Part shown: one piece after another, positions 1 through 14,215 of the stretch
How the letters are laid out: every line of letters starts with the position of its first letter
How positions within the stretch are numbered: the stretch's first letter is position 1
NCBI GenBank assembly: GCA_951406725.2
Contig: OX597837.1
Span: forward strand, 4,650,001-4,714,000
DNA from: Octopus vulgaris
Lineage: Eukaryota
Direction: 5' to 3'
DNA: 64,000 nucleotides
The notes under the pieces: model-generated
Told to the model about the DNA's origin: nothing
Database searches by the model: none
What the model saw: only the letters and a program-made list of their open reading frames with translations
Program-made: the position numbers and the translations under genes

Positions 1-501
1 AGAGGGCAAGTTTTGTCTAGCGAATGTTTTAAAAAAAGATGGGTGAATGTAGCAAGAATGGCACGTATGAATGACGAAGCCACCTTGAGCATAGTCCTAT
101 GAACCCAGAAATCGAAAACAGAGAGTTGCTTATTTGCAAAAAAAAAAAAAAAAAAAAGAAATATAAAATGTGACTTCATTGACCGAGGTTACCGTGGTCT
201 TTTCCGTAGGCTTTTCTTTCCACGGGTAAACCTCACCTGTCCTCCCCTTTACACTTCATATTGACATTTCTGTGATAACGATCCCTATTGATCAATTTTT
301 TTTTTTTTTTTTTTTTCTTCCGCTCCCCCTTTTTTTAACCCCCCTTTTTTTGTCCTCCTTCTCTCCTTTTACGATCCCTTTTGATCGAAACTCCCCCTTA
401 CTTTTTTTTTTTTTTTTTTTTTTTTTAAACATTCAAAAGAAAAGCTCTACCTTGTAATTTGTTCTATCTGTGTGCAGCCCTGTGTGGCTAATAAAGAAAC
501 A

Positions 502-502
<1 letters not shown>
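1..502 (+). mobile_element. 3' end of L1/Tx1-like non-LTR retrotransposon (ORF2 C-terminus plus 3' UTR)
   Basis: Frame 1 reads RGQVLSSECFKKRWVNVARMARMNDEATLSIVL* (stop 100-102), with the F..RW motif typical of L1/Tx1 ORF2 ends. A T-rich UTR and AATAAA (490-495) follow, then (ATCT)n. A second copy of the UTR lies at 25369-25661 on the minus strand. Confidence 0.65.
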
Positions 503-532
<30 letters not shown>

Positions 533-547
533 ATATATATATATATA

Positions 548-638
<91 letters not shown>

Positions 639-782
639 ATATCTATCTATGTACCTACCTATCTATCTATTCACAAACACATATCAAATTCATACGTATA
701 TTCATGCATATACGTTCATACATTCACACATACATACATAAACACATACACACACTCATACATATATACGTACATACATACA

Positions 783-814
<32 letters not shown>

Positions 815-880
815 CATACATACATACATACATACATACGTACATGCATGCATACATACATATACCTTTATACATATACG
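503..880. repeat. compound microsatellite (TATC)n/(TA)n/(CATA)n
   Basis: Directly visible tandem repeats. Confidence 0.95.
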
Positions 881-888
881 CCGCAAAT

Positions 889-1495
889 ATTCATTTCTAC
901 TCTAAGTACAAGGCCCGAAATTTTAGGGGAGGGATCCAGCGAATTAGTTCGACCACAGTACGCAATTGGTACTTAATTTATCGACCCCGAAAGGATGAAA
1001 GGCAAAGATGACCAAGCCAGAATTTGAACTCAGAACGTAAAGACAGTATTTCGCCAAGTGTGCTAACTTTTATGACAGATCCTTGCCTTAATACGCGGAA
1101 AATATTCTTTTCTACTCTAGGCACAAGGGCAGAAATTTTAGGGGAGGGGGCCAGAGAATTAGATCGACCCCAGTACGCCACTGGTACTTAATTTATCGAC
1201 ACCGAAGGGCAAAGTCGATCTCGGCAGTACTTGAACTCAGAACGTAGCGCCAGACGAAATACCTATTTCTTTACTACCCACAAGGGGCTAAATACAGAGA
1301 GGACAAACAAAGACAGACAAACGGATTAAGTCGATTTTATTGACCCCAGTGCGTAACTAGTACTTAATTTATCGACCCTGAAAAGATGAAAGGCAAAGTC
1401 GACCTCGGCAGAATTTGAACTCAGAACGCAACAGCAGACGAACTACCGCTAATCATTTTGCCCGGCGTGCTTACGTTTATACCAGCTCGCCACCT
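889..1495 (-). mobile_element. cluster of 3 tandem/nested copies of SINE family 2 (tRNA-type head, Meta-domain-like core)
   Basis: The minus strand repeats gttctgagttcaaattc...gccgaggtcgactttgcctttcatcctttcggggtcgataaattaagtaccag. The head ggtggcgagctgg lies near 1495. The same family recurs at 6785, 21210, 29478, 39440, 49985, 55603 and 63825. Confidence 0.8.
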
Positions 1496-2199
1496 TAATA
1501 CGCGACAAATATTGGAAGACCTAATGAGAAAGCTACAGCTCTTTTATCCAAGCAATACATTTTCATTTGTATCTATTACCATATGTCCACTGGTTTCCTA
1601 AAGTATAGATTTGTAGAGAACATACAAATGCTGAGTTCATAATTAAAAGAAACGCAAACTCATCTGGTGCTTGTAAGTGTTATTGATTTTAGGTAGATTA
1701 AAAATTCGAAAAAGAAAAAAGAAAGAAATTTTACGGATGTTTTCCTTTAAGGTGCCTGAATGGGAAAAAATTAATGCAGTCACATAGTCAGTCATAAGCG
1801 ATACACACCGCACACATACTCACACATGAACAGTAATGAATTACACATAAGTCTATGTTAAAGTTATATACACGAACACAACACAGGCATAAAATGCATG
1901 AGAGGACGTTTGGTTACACGCATGCAGATATTCACACACACCCACACACAAACACTCGCGCGCGCTCGTACAATCACACACACATACACACACACAAGCA
2001 CGCATCAAATAATTCAGAAGACAACAAAACGCGAAGCATTGTCTTGGTGTGACAGAATGGAAAATGACTTAACAATTAATTAGTAATTGGGTTCTGTTCT
2101 GCAAAAGAAAAAGTTAAATAAATACACACATGCACACACACACGTTCGCACACACAAGCTCTCACACACACACGCACACACAGGCGCACACAAATACGC

Positions 2200-2487
<288 letters not shown>

Positions 2488-2712
2488 TGGTTTTGTATAC
2501 TAAATCTATTTAGCTGAATTCAATGAAATATCCCCGAAATTCCATTTCACTTTGGCATCCAAATGCACGTTAAACATCCAGTTCCAAAATTTGAAATGGT
2601 GAAACAGCCGCAGGAACAAATAATCTACATACACACACTTACACATACCCATACATACATACATACATGCATACATACACCCCCACACACACACACATAT
2701 ATATATATATAT

Positions 2713-2930
2713 GGTTAATCCAAACGGAAAACAGAAAAAACAACAACACGTGGAACAATTAGAGTATTATTATTATTAGGCGCTCAGGAAAATGGGAAAA
2801 AGGAGGGTAGACGTTTCGAGCGGAGCTCTTCGTCGGAAACATAAGAGAAGGAAGAAAGAAGAAAGAAGAAAGAAGAAAGATCCCGATGTGGGCGAACGGA
2901 AGGAAAAAAAACGCGACTTGTTTTTACGGT
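2713..2930 (-). mobile_element. short HHR-bearing element family A (PLE terminus/retrozyme-like), degenerate copy
   Basis: Homologous to 14012-14215, 24586-24786, 40623-40814 and 41385-41587. The minus strand has gttt-ccgacga-a-gagc tcc gctc-gaa-acgt-c. The element ends ...tttggattaac-(TA)n. Confidence 0.75.
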
Positions 2931-3685
2931 GTGTGTGAGTGTGTTTTATGAACCTTTTGCGCTGTAACAAAGCAAATCTCAGTTCGTGTTAATCTATTTC
3001 CAGTTTTTGGCTGTGAAATTTAGCGGGCAATACCTACTGTGAAATCACAGGAGATGTAAGCCGAGAAATACATAAACAGTATTTTAACGTTTATGTTTCA
3101 GTCAGGTGATATTATGTATGCGAGATAAGTATATACGATAGGTGTATAAACATTGGACAACATTTCTAGTGTGTGGGAATAAATACTGATGTATCCCTTA
3201 TTCCCTTTCTGATATATAGACACGACACATATACATACATGCACGCATCCATTTCTATATATACACAGAGAAACATGCGCAAACCTAAGTGTTTACGTAC
3301 GTATATATATATATAATTATTTGAGGGAATATTAATCCAATCTTAAGGGGAAAACAATAAGGGGAAAACAATTGATCACACAATATATATAAAAATTATA
3401 TAGATATAAAAATTAGACAAAAAAACACCTTTTATCAATTCAATTTTTTACTATAATCATTTCTTAAATATAATCAGGAAACACATGTCGCTATTCTACC
3501 AATTATATACGTTTGCTTTTTTGCAATTTAATTAATTATTGATATTTTATTGTTAATTTAATTTTAATATTTCTATTATATGTAATTTTCTAGATGGTGT
3601 AATTTAATTGTTCATTTTGAATTGATAAAACGTGGTTTTTTCTAATTAATATATCTATATATCTATCTCTCTATCTATCTATCTG

Positions 3686-3742
<57 letters not shown>

Positions 3743-3744
3743 AG

Positions 3745-3775
<31 letters not shown>

Positions 3776-4209
3776 GACAGATGTATACACATACATATGC
3801 GTCTGTGTTTGTATCTATATGTTTATATATATATATCAGTATATAAGCTTATGTATTCATACATAAAAACATACGTACATATATACGGACAGTCGTAGTT
3901 ATATGCATGCAATTCAGCGTAACTGTATACGCGTGTGCCTGTAATACCAATCTGCATTCAAAATTTCAACAGACAGCATTTTCGTGTCTCACGCATCCGA
4001 TTTTCGAGCGATAATTCAAATATAATCGTTGTTATTTTTACGCGTTTGCTATCCTTTGATTATACACAATACTTTATAAATATTTATAAGCAAATTCATA
4101 GTCTCTGCTGATAGCTTTTATCTGAATTAAACAAAGTTGGTTTTCATTCCCAAGGCACTTAGGGAATTTTTCTATTTATCTTTAATGTATTATACTGTGT
4201 CCTCCGTTT

Positions 4210-4247
<38 letters not shown>

Positions 4248-4444
4248 ACTCGCTTACTCTCTCTACTTCTCTCCTTCTATGAGTGTTTGAGTGTGTCTGT
4301 GTGTGTGAGTGTATGTGTGCTTGCATTGCATCAGCATTGAAGCAGAATACAACTTGATACATTAACCATGTAGACATGGTTTGCATGCGATATGTAAGTA
4401 TGTATGTGCGAATTTAGCATGGTGATATATCTACGAATATACGT

Positions 4445-4735
<291 letters not shown>

Positions 4736-4799
4736 TGCATACACACATATATATACATGCATATATAGATTTATACACAGAAATAATATGTATATAAAA

Positions 4800-4995
4800 C
4801 TAGGTTCATCAGGGATCCCAGATGAACCTGCCTCTCAGCAGGAAACACAGATGCGGGCAGCGGCATCGAACTCCCTTGTTGATTAAGTGCCACGTATCAG
4901 AGGTGGTTTCACATACTAGTGCAGCTCATTCAACGGTGGTGTTGCAGCATGGCCGCTGGCTCCGGGCTGAAACATTTTTAAGGATTTAAGGATTT
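4800..4995 (+). mobile_element. 3' end of CR1/L2-group LINE
   Basis: Translates SGIPDEPASQQETQMRAAASNSLVD* (the IPDEP...RAA.SNSL C-terminal motif). The UTR ends cagcatggccgc...ctgaaaca followed by a (tttaagga)n tail. Confidence 0.6.
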
Positions 4996-5624
4996 TATTT
5001 ATACCTATATACACACATACAATCTAATTCATGCCAGGTCTTTGAGTCCATTGAAATAATATACGTTAGCGTCTTCGGTACATTCAACATAATCTGTGAA
5101 CTCTTCCTAACTGATATTCTTCATAGAATTTTAGGATTCTTCACAGTAAATCATAGTTATTTGCAGAATCATAATAATATTAACAGAACCTATCAGTCCT
5201 TACAGATTCCTTTCATTATTAACAGAATCGATTCTTTATCGAAATAACCTCATCATTACGTACCCAATGGGTTCATTATTAACATAAACCTATCATTATT
5301 AATACGAGCACGTTATTATTTAACGTTCTTATATCATTATTCAAAGTCCTGCCATTCTTTTAACAATTCCTGTAATTATTTGAACATCTCATCATTGTTT
5401 ATTTACATAATCGATCAAATAGGATACAGTTTAACGACTGATGCAAGAAATATGATTCTGGGATTAAACGAAAAGAATATTGAGCCAATGTTATTAAACG
5501 TTGAATTATTAATAGCATTGCAATTATATTATGATACGACATTGGATGTAACACGCATGTTTTCCAATTAGGTGGAGAAGAGGCGATAGAAGCAAGCGTA
5601 CTGTTTGTCGTATATACAGGTATC

Positions 5625-5672
<48 letters not shown>

Positions 5673-5734
5673 CATATATATATATGTTCATATATATATG
5701 TACATATATACATGTATGTATATGTAACATAGAG

Positions 5735-5875
5735 GCACAAGAGTGGGTGTGTGGTAAAAAACTTGTTTCCCTACAAGACGCCTCCGTGTTCAGTCCCACT
5801 TCGTGGTATCTTGGGCAGGTGACTACTACTATAGCCTCGAGCCGACCAAAACCTTGTGAGTGGATTTGGTTGACG
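5735..5875 (+). mobile_element. diverged 5' half of SINE family 1
   Basis: Matches the family 1 head and core (cagtcccact...cttgggcagg...gccgaccaaaaccttgtgagtggatttggt). Confidence 0.7.
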
Positions 5876-5877
5876 GA

Positions 5878-6505
5878 TTCCCATTTGGTGTACGCTGCAG
5901 AATGCACGAAACACAACTTAATTTATGTTGGTTGCACAACAGAACTATTAAACCAAAGGTTTAATGGGCACAGATTCGACGTCAGGCACAGTAACAGTAG
6001 TTCGACAGAACTTGCCGAACATTTCGTTTCAAGCGACTGCTGTTTTGAACCAGACTTGAAAGTGCATATTCTTAGAAAATATTCCGAATCTGCTTAGCTT
6101 TCACTTCTCAGAGGAGAAATATGTTTGAGGAGAAATATGTTTGCGGTTATTAACATCACGCCCTGGAGGAATGAGTAAGATGACAGGAGAATATCAGCAA
6201 ATATATACAGAACTGTCTGATTAAATATGCTTCTTCTTCTCTTTTTTCTTTCCTCTTTTTTTTTTCTGTCGTCTTCTTTTTTCTGTCTTTTTCTTTTCGT
6301 CTATTATAAAATTGTAACTTAAAAACTGATGATGTCGTTCCATCAACGTGTGAAAGCTGGTGGCTCTCGTTCATACTTTACGTTTAAATTTCTATAATTT
6401 TGAATTTTTATCACTTCTTATTTTGAACTTGACAAAGACAGACGTACTGTTGAAATATTGTTGAACTAATAAAATATCTTACAATAGAATCGCGCTCATC
6501 GTCTT
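5878..6505 (+). mobile_element. Penelope-like element 3' fragment: GIY-YIG endonuclease plus 3' UTR (pseudogenised)
   Basis: HLVYAAECTKHNLIYVGCTTELLNQRFNGHRFDVRH...ELAEHF gives the VY/YVG motifs, the catalytic R and conserved His residues. An in-frame stop and a 16-bp tandem duplication follow. A ctgatga...gaaa HHR-like remnant lies at about 6325-6356. Confidence 0.8.
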
Positions 6506-6659
6506 GAACAATGTGCAATAAAGAGTCTTGCTCAAGGAAGCATCACGTTTCCGGGAAGTGGACTCACTACCTTACCATCCTGAGCCGGATATCTCTAACC
6601 ACTAAATCACGCGCCCTCACAACATACATACATACATACATACATACATGCATACATAC

Positions 6660-6783
<124 letters not shown>

Positions 6784-6784
6784 C

Positions 6785-6990
6785 CTTTCTATTAAAAGGA
6801 CAGGGCTTGAAATTTTGGAGGGGACCAGTCGATTACATCGACCCCAGTGTTTCACTAGTATATATTTTATAGCCCACGAAAAGATGAAGGGCCAAGTCCA
6901 CCTCGGCGGAATTTGAACTCAGAACTTAAAAGACGCAACGAAATGCCGCTAATCACATCACCCAGCGTGCTAACCACTCTGTCACCTCGT
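6785..6990 (-). mobile_element. SINE family 2 copy
   Basis: Same core as 889-1495. Confidence 0.75.
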
Positions 6991-6995
6991 CGATT

Positions 6996-7078
<83 letters not shown>

Positions 7079-7284
7079 AATAATATTCGATCGCATGAAC
7101 GGGAAATAATTCAAAAGCTGCCTAAGGCTTTCTAGGGCTGCCCAAGACTGACCAAAGGGGCCCAGAGCTGCTGTTTTCGAGACCTGTTTTTCTTTAGACT
7201 AATATTTACATGCTGTTGTTTATAGATTTACCTGCTTTTTGTTTCAATTTTCAAACAAATAAAAATGATTTCTTTATTTCAAAC

Positions 7285-7327
7285 AAATAACAACAACAAC
7301 AACAACAATAACAACAGCACCAGCAAC

Positions 7328-7392
<65 letters not shown>

Positions 7393-7637
7393 AAATAATA
7401 ATAAGAAGAAAAAGACGGAGAAGAACAACAACAATAAGAAGAACAAGAAAAGCAAGAAGAAAATAAAAAAAGAGAAGAAGGAGGAGAAGAAGAAGAAGTA
7501 GAAGATGAAGAGGGAGAAGAAGAAGAAGAAGAAGAAGAAGAAGAAGAAGAAGAAGAAGAAGACGACAAATGAGATGAAGACAAAGAAGTAGGGAAGAAAA
7601 AAAGAAGACGAAGAAAATGATGATGATGATGATGATG

Positions 7638-7702
<65 letters not shown>

Positions 7703-7715
7703 TAATAATAATGAT
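7285..7715. repeat. compound trinucleotide microsatellite (AAC)/(AAT)/(GAA)/(GAT)
   Basis: Directly visible. Confidence 0.95.
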
Positions 7716-8672
7716 GCCTTTTTTTTTCAAAAATTAATAACCGTGTAGCGTTTTGATCATATTTCTCCATTTTATTTCTGTCATAACACCTCATTTATCA
7801 TTTCCAGCAACAAATTTGCGTTCACTGATTTATTGTCTATTCCAATTTCCTGTGCGGCAGGAGGAAAAACAAAGAATCAACTCTCCAGAATAAATCAACT
7901 TAAACAAAGATAGAATGATAAAGAGTCAGAAAAGAAAAGAAAAAAAGAGAGCGAGAGAGGTAAGAAGAAGGAGAGCGCTAGAGAGGGTCGGAGTAGACAA
8001 TAGGTTTTTGCTGTGTGTGTAAAATGTAATAAGAGACGAGCTGTATGTTTCTTGTTTATACGCTGACATTAACGATGTGTTTCCGTAAGAAGAATATAGT
8101 CTCCTTCTAATCATGCCACCCACTTAGCTAATGAGGAACTTGTTTGAAGAAAGCAGCTGATGAAAATGAATCTCTGCATGGTTACTCCAGCCATTAGAAA
8201 AAACACATTTAAATAACGGTAAATTCACAACCGCCATTTTTATATAGACTTAAGTACTTACGTATGTATGTATGTGTGTATCAATATATAGATTTATGTA
8301 TATATATATATATATATATATCTGTGTGTGCATGCATGAATATATGATCAATACACTGCAAAGAAATTATTTGTTAGCATCGGCAAGACATATATTATTT
8401 AATAAAATCGATAACATAAGTACAGTGTTGTTGCTGTTGGGAGGGGATAATCCTACGTCTAAGACAGAGTCCTTCTTCGAAAAGGAAAAGCTCAGATGAA
8501 AATAATTAATCAGAGACAGCAGTGTTTTATATTCTTAACTCATAAATTGCAGCACATAAATTGAGACACTTTCCCATTGTCTACTTTTCTGAAAAATTTT
8601 CCATGAAGAGGGCACCATGGAGAAACCAACGTCAGAAACATTGGTATCTCCATTCCCCTCTGCAAGTTGACT

Positions 8673-8758
<86 letters not shown>

Positions 8759-8801
8759 TAAATAAATGCAGTTCAACGCAGATGTTATTAAAATTCTTTT
8801 A

Positions 8802-8884
8802 CTTTCGACATATGTTTCGAAAACAACATTGGTCTTATTCCAAAGGAATAAACGGCGTAAAATGCAATCTTCTCATCAGGAAAG
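8802..8884 (-). ncRNA. type I hammerhead ribozyme motif, intact core (family D)
   Basis: Minus strand: CUUUC-CUGAUGA-(stem II gaagauugcauu...aauguuguuuuc with an internal uuauucc/ggaauaa hairpin)-GAA-ACAUAUGU-C-GAAAG. Stem I is 5 bp, stem III is palindromic, and the cleavage triplet is GUC. Confidence 0.75.
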
Positions 8885-8984
8885 AAAGAAAGACATTATA
8901 ACAATTACGATGACTAGTAACTGTTTATTGAATTTTCCATGTTAACGGTAAACAAGGGATAATTCATTCATCCATTTATATATA

Positions 8985-9070
<86 letters not shown>

Positions 9071-9071
<1 letters not shown>

Positions 9072-9147
9072 CGGGAAGGTTTACGAAAACAAACAAAAGA
9101 CGAAGGCAGGTGGATTACAAACAAACAATGTATTAGTATGCCGCTCA
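9071..9147 (-). mobile_element. 3' terminal fragment of short element family B in (TA)n
   Basis: Homologous to the 3' part of 10605-10815 and 34099-34290, and flanked by TA arrays. Confidence 0.65.
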
Positions 9148-9154
9148 TATATAT

Positions 9155-9318
9155 ATACGACGGCTTCTTTCAATTTCCGCCTAGCAAATCCACTCACAAG
9201 GGTTTGGTCGGCCCGAAGCTCTAGCAGAAGACGCTTGTCCAAGGTGCCGTGCAGTGGAACTGAACTCGGAACCATGTGGCTGGTAAACAAGCTTCTTAAC
9301 ACACGGTGACGCCTGCGT
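9155..9318 (-). mobile_element. SINE family 1, 5' half
   Basis: Matches the family consensus (caaatccactcacaagg...aaggtgcc..gcagtgg..ctgaac..ggaaccatgtgg). Confidence 0.8.
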
Positions 9319-9652
9319 CTTCCACACACATATATACACTGTAATCTACTTACAAATTGTCCCCATCAGTTATATGGGCTGTGTTAATATTTTAATTATA
9401 TTTTTTCAAAATCCTCCCAACGGATTTACTGCCATTCAAATATATAAAGCCAACGAACGTTACATATATTTTGTAAATAGCCACAAGTAACTAAACGATT
9501 TTATACTATGTATTCTACCAGAATCTTTTGAAAAGACGGGAATAGCCGCCGGAATTGATGAGGATGTTGTGGTACTTGCACTGCTGTAAGATGCTGCAAG
9601 CCATTCAAGGGGCCTATTCATCTGGATGTAAGCTCAATACAAGTGCACAGTA

Positions 9653-9685
<33 letters not shown>

Positions 9686-9763
9686 AATATATACATATAT
9701 ATATACAAATATATATATATATATATATATATAAATATATATATATACATGTATATATATATG

Positions 9764-9871
<108 letters not shown>

Positions 9872-10031
9872 AGAATATGTGTTCGCATTTGAAAATGCGC
9901 CTGAATCTAAAAATTCATGTAGTTGTTTTTAAATAAATTTATTCACATACTAAATCTGAATAAATTATATATAAATGACTACAGGTTTTGCACATTCAAA
10001 TAAACTTTCAAATCCCCAAACAAATTCTATG

Positions 10032-10066
<35 letters not shown>

Positions 10067-10559
10067 CGTGTGTGTGTGTGTGCGTGTGTGTGTGTATGTG
10101 TGTGTCAGCCTTAATACTGAAACGTATATATACGTATCTACGTGAACGACCAAGCTTTAAGATGTCGTTTCACATTGCTAGTCACAATGCACTTTTTTCA
10201 TTGTTTTGGCCTTCAAATCAATTAAGACCAATGTCTTAACATATTTAAAAAATCCGATTAAAATTTTCTTGAGAACACATTCATCGTGGTAATGGCTATA
10301 TATATATATAAATAACATTCTTGCTACATCATGGGACCCTGAAGACTGCTTAAATGCAAGAAAGTATACTAGTACCTTAATATTTGATATTCAGCATTTC
10401 ATCTATTCAATAAGACAATCAATACTTCATTTCATTTTACTATATATACTATATATTCTATATTCTACATTAATATTATAAATATAAATAAAACATAAAA
10501 TACAGAGTTGGAATTCCTTTGGATAATATATATCCCTCTATACACAATCATTCAAACCC

Positions 10560-10604
<45 letters not shown>

Positions 10605-10607
<3 letters not shown>

Positions 10608-10812
10608 ATGTTGATTCGTTAGCTACTGCACGCATTTTTTTTCTCTCCTTCTTTCTGTGTTTTTCTCTCTCTGTGTATCTTTCTGTTGAAGAGCGTAGGC
10701 TCGAAACGTTAAAGACTTGTTTTATTTATATTTCCTGAGCGCCATACTAATACAATTGTTCGTATGTTTTCCACCTGCCTTCGTCTTTTGTTTATTTTCA
10801 TAAAGCTTCCCG

Positions 10813-10815
<3 letters not shown>
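10605..10815 (+). mobile_element. short HHR-bearing element family B, flanked on both sides by (TA)n
   Basis: Contains cttt-ctgttga-a-gagc gtag gctc-gaa-acgt-t-aaag (10679-10714). Homolog at 34099-34290. Confidence 0.7.
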
Positions 10816-10898
<83 letters not shown>

Positions 10899-11379
10899 AG
10901 ATAGATAGATAGATATATGCATCAACACCTATTCATACAAAGACTTGTTGGTCCATATTTTGTGAGAATAAATATATCAATAATGGTTTTCTTTGGAAAC
11001 ATGTTGCCGATAGATTACGACAACGTTTTCCATTGAAGAGAGAATCTGAGTAAAATTTCCATAAACATACCGGGATTTGTCGAACGAAGGATTCTATGAA
11101 GGACTTGGAACTTCCTTCACAGAATGTCTACGGTTCCACAGATGTCTAAGCCCTATCATTATACAATGGTACGTCCAAAGAATTTTACGCATAAATATGA
11201 GCTTTAGGGAAAATTATTTTCGACATTAATAGTTTCATACGAATCCAAACAGTTTAGCTTGTTGCATTGATATATTTTTCATCTTTAAACAACACTGTCG
11301 AACTACAAGAAATGATATGTGTATGTGTGTATGTGATAGTATTTGTGTTTTCATATATTATATGTACATACGCCTATGC

Positions 11380-11420
<41 letters not shown>

Positions 11421-11507
11421 CCACACAAAACTCTTAAACATATGCAGCAAAAGCAAACTATATATATATGTATGTGCTTATGTATATGTATGTATTCATA
11501 TGTATAT

Positions 11508-11556
<49 letters not shown>

Positions 11557-11678
11557 TATATAAAAATATATAAAAATATATATATATTTTATCAATTTTT
11601 CAAAAACTTTTCCATACAGCCATTTTCATTAAAATTTTCTTTCAATTTAGCATTCTGCCTTTTTACAATTTTTCCTTG

Positions 11679-11725
<47 letters not shown>

Positions 11726-12314
11726 TAATTATACATGTGCTTGTGTGTATGTATATGTGTGTGTGTTTGTGTGTTCTACACGCAGTAACAAGCACACAGT
11801 CTGTTCTCTTTGTAATCACTTCAAAAAAAAAAGAGAAAAAATTTTAAAAATCGATGTAAAAAAAAACTACATCCAATTGTTATTGTCTGAAAAAGTTGCG
11901 CTTATGTCTGCTTCAGTAAATCTCTGACCACCATGCAGTCAACTGGAATTTATTTACTCTCCATAAATTTAGAGTCAGCCGTTTGATCTTAGTTCACTAT
12001 ATCTATTTGTCATGCTATATTATCAAAAAATGCATATTGATATCATGATATACGGTTTATCCTACCACAACCGTACACATATGCATACATATAGATACTA
12101 TACAATACACATAAATATTACGAGGAACCACAAAAGCACAGACAAACGTAGACATCGTTTTAATATATTTTGTAAAGAAGTTGTTGGACAAATTACTAAT
12201 AGAGTTATTCTACTGGAAACGGTAAGTTTGCGAATTGTGTGGCAACGGTTATACATGTTTACAGGCTTTTATTTGTAATAAAATAGCTACCTATATAATT
12301 GGAATCAACGTCTT

Positions 12315-12376
<62 letters not shown>

Positions 12377-12378
12377 GC

Positions 12379-12417
<39 letters not shown>

Positions 12418-12450
12418 TATTTATATATATATATGTATATGTACATATAT

Positions 12451-12513
<63 letters not shown>

Positions 12514-12571
12514 TATATACATATTTATATATGTATATTTATGTACGTATCGCTCTAGCTATCTATATATA

Positions 12572-13445
12572 CAGGGTGCGGTGAATAAATTGTCGTCTAA
12601 ATTACGCAAAAATGAAAATAACAGTGACACTTCATTGTAATAGATATGTTTACCAAAATTACATAAAATTATCTTCAAGTACTAAAGCGTAAATTTATTC
12701 GATAAAATCGCCATTGGCTTCAATCACATCCTCCTGACGACTTCATAATCTCCTGCGACTCTTTTGGACAACTACCTTGTTTAAGTTGGTGAATGCTGGC
12801 ATAATCTTTGCTTTCAGGTCATCTTTGGTGTTACAAGGAGTTTCGCTGGCCTCTCGCTCAACTCCGTGCCACACATAATCATTAAGGGGGTTTCAGTCTG
12901 GGGCGGTAGGTGATAATGTGGTCGCAGAAATTGTCTGACAGCCATGAGTGGGTTCTTCTGCTTGTGTGCCATGGTGCAGAGTCGTGTTGTCAGACAGTTA
13001 CCTCCAGTAGCCACACTTTTGATCCAAGTCAGTACTAGCTCTTCCTGGTACATGATATAGGCATCCGTGTTGAGTCTGAGACAGTGTGGGAGCATGAGTA
13101 CTGGCATAACGGCGCCATCACTAGGGATCACTCCAAAGACCATGATCTTCACGGGATGATTGATTTTCATCACTCTCGGTATATATGTCCTGGGATTGAA
13201 TTACCCTCAGATTCACACCCAACCACTCTGAAATGTTAGTATTGGAGCTTCCAGCGCGAATGCCAAGAAGTACAGCATATCTTTTCCATATGTCTGGTAG
13301 AGTGAATCGTGTTAAAGTGCTGCTTTTCTCACAGACGGTATCCAACTGACCCTACCATATTGTGTAGTCGAAAAATCAAAAACAAACCATGCGCAAGCAC
13401 GGGATTAAAAGTATAAAATAGCGACAGTTTATCCATCTCACCCAG
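12572..13445 (-). mobile_element. Tc1/mariner-superfamily (maT/DD37D-like) transposon, internally deleted, both TIRs present
   Basis: Imperfect TIRs (cagggtgcggtgaataaattgtcg, and on the reverse complement ctgggtgagatggataaactgtcg) with TA on both sides. The minus strand encodes frameshifted transposase pieces KHP-like...IMVFGVIPSDG, QDSAPWHTSRRTHSWLSDNF and a degenerate SPDxNPLD region. Confidence 0.85.
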
Positions 13446-14011
13446 TATATGTGTGTGCGTGTGTGTGTGTGTAAAATCATATGCATGAATTCATACTTAT
13501 TTTTACATGTATAATCACACACGCACAGACAGACACACGGACACACACATATACACTCATACTGTCATAAATATGCACAAATATTACTCTTGTGTGTTTA
13601 TGTGAGTGTTTGTGTGTGTGTGTGTCTGTGTCTGCGTGTGTATATTTGGTGCTTATGTGTGTGTGTTGTCTGTGCGCGTTTCTCCATGTATGTAGTGGCG
13701 GAAGCGGACATTCTTAGCTAAAACATCAAACGCGTAAGCGACAGCCATTTTCTCTAGAGCTATCTTTAACTCTTCTTTGGACATCTACGATTCAAGAATA
13801 TTCATATAGAAGTATACACACACGCATATACACACATACACACACATATTGTTGACGTCATAAGAATTTTATAAACTTTTCAGAGAATGTTATCTAATTT
13901 GGGAATATCACGAAGTATACGTATATCGCTATAAATAATTGCATTTATGTTTTGGCTTTTCAATCCAGAAGACTTTTTCAACCCAATATTTCCATGGTTC
14001 CATATATATGT

Positions 14012-14215
14012 GGTTAATCCAAACATGAAAACACAAAGAGAAAACACAACAACGCGAGGACGTGGAACAAGTATAGTGTTATTGAATGCTCAGGAAAGGA
14101 AGGATTAAAGGAAGATTTAACGCTTCGAGGGGAGCTCTTTGTCAGAAACATAGAAAAAGAAAAGATCCAAGGAAGAGAAAACGGAGTAAGAAAATCGCCA
14201 ACGGTACACACGCGG
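14012..14215 (-). mobile_element. HHR element family A, degenerate copy
   Basis: Homology to the other family A copies; the HHR core is mutated. Confidence 0.75.

Noticed and set aside
9335-9640. Possible Tc1-like remnant or exon
   Set aside because: No convincing motif or paired TIR.
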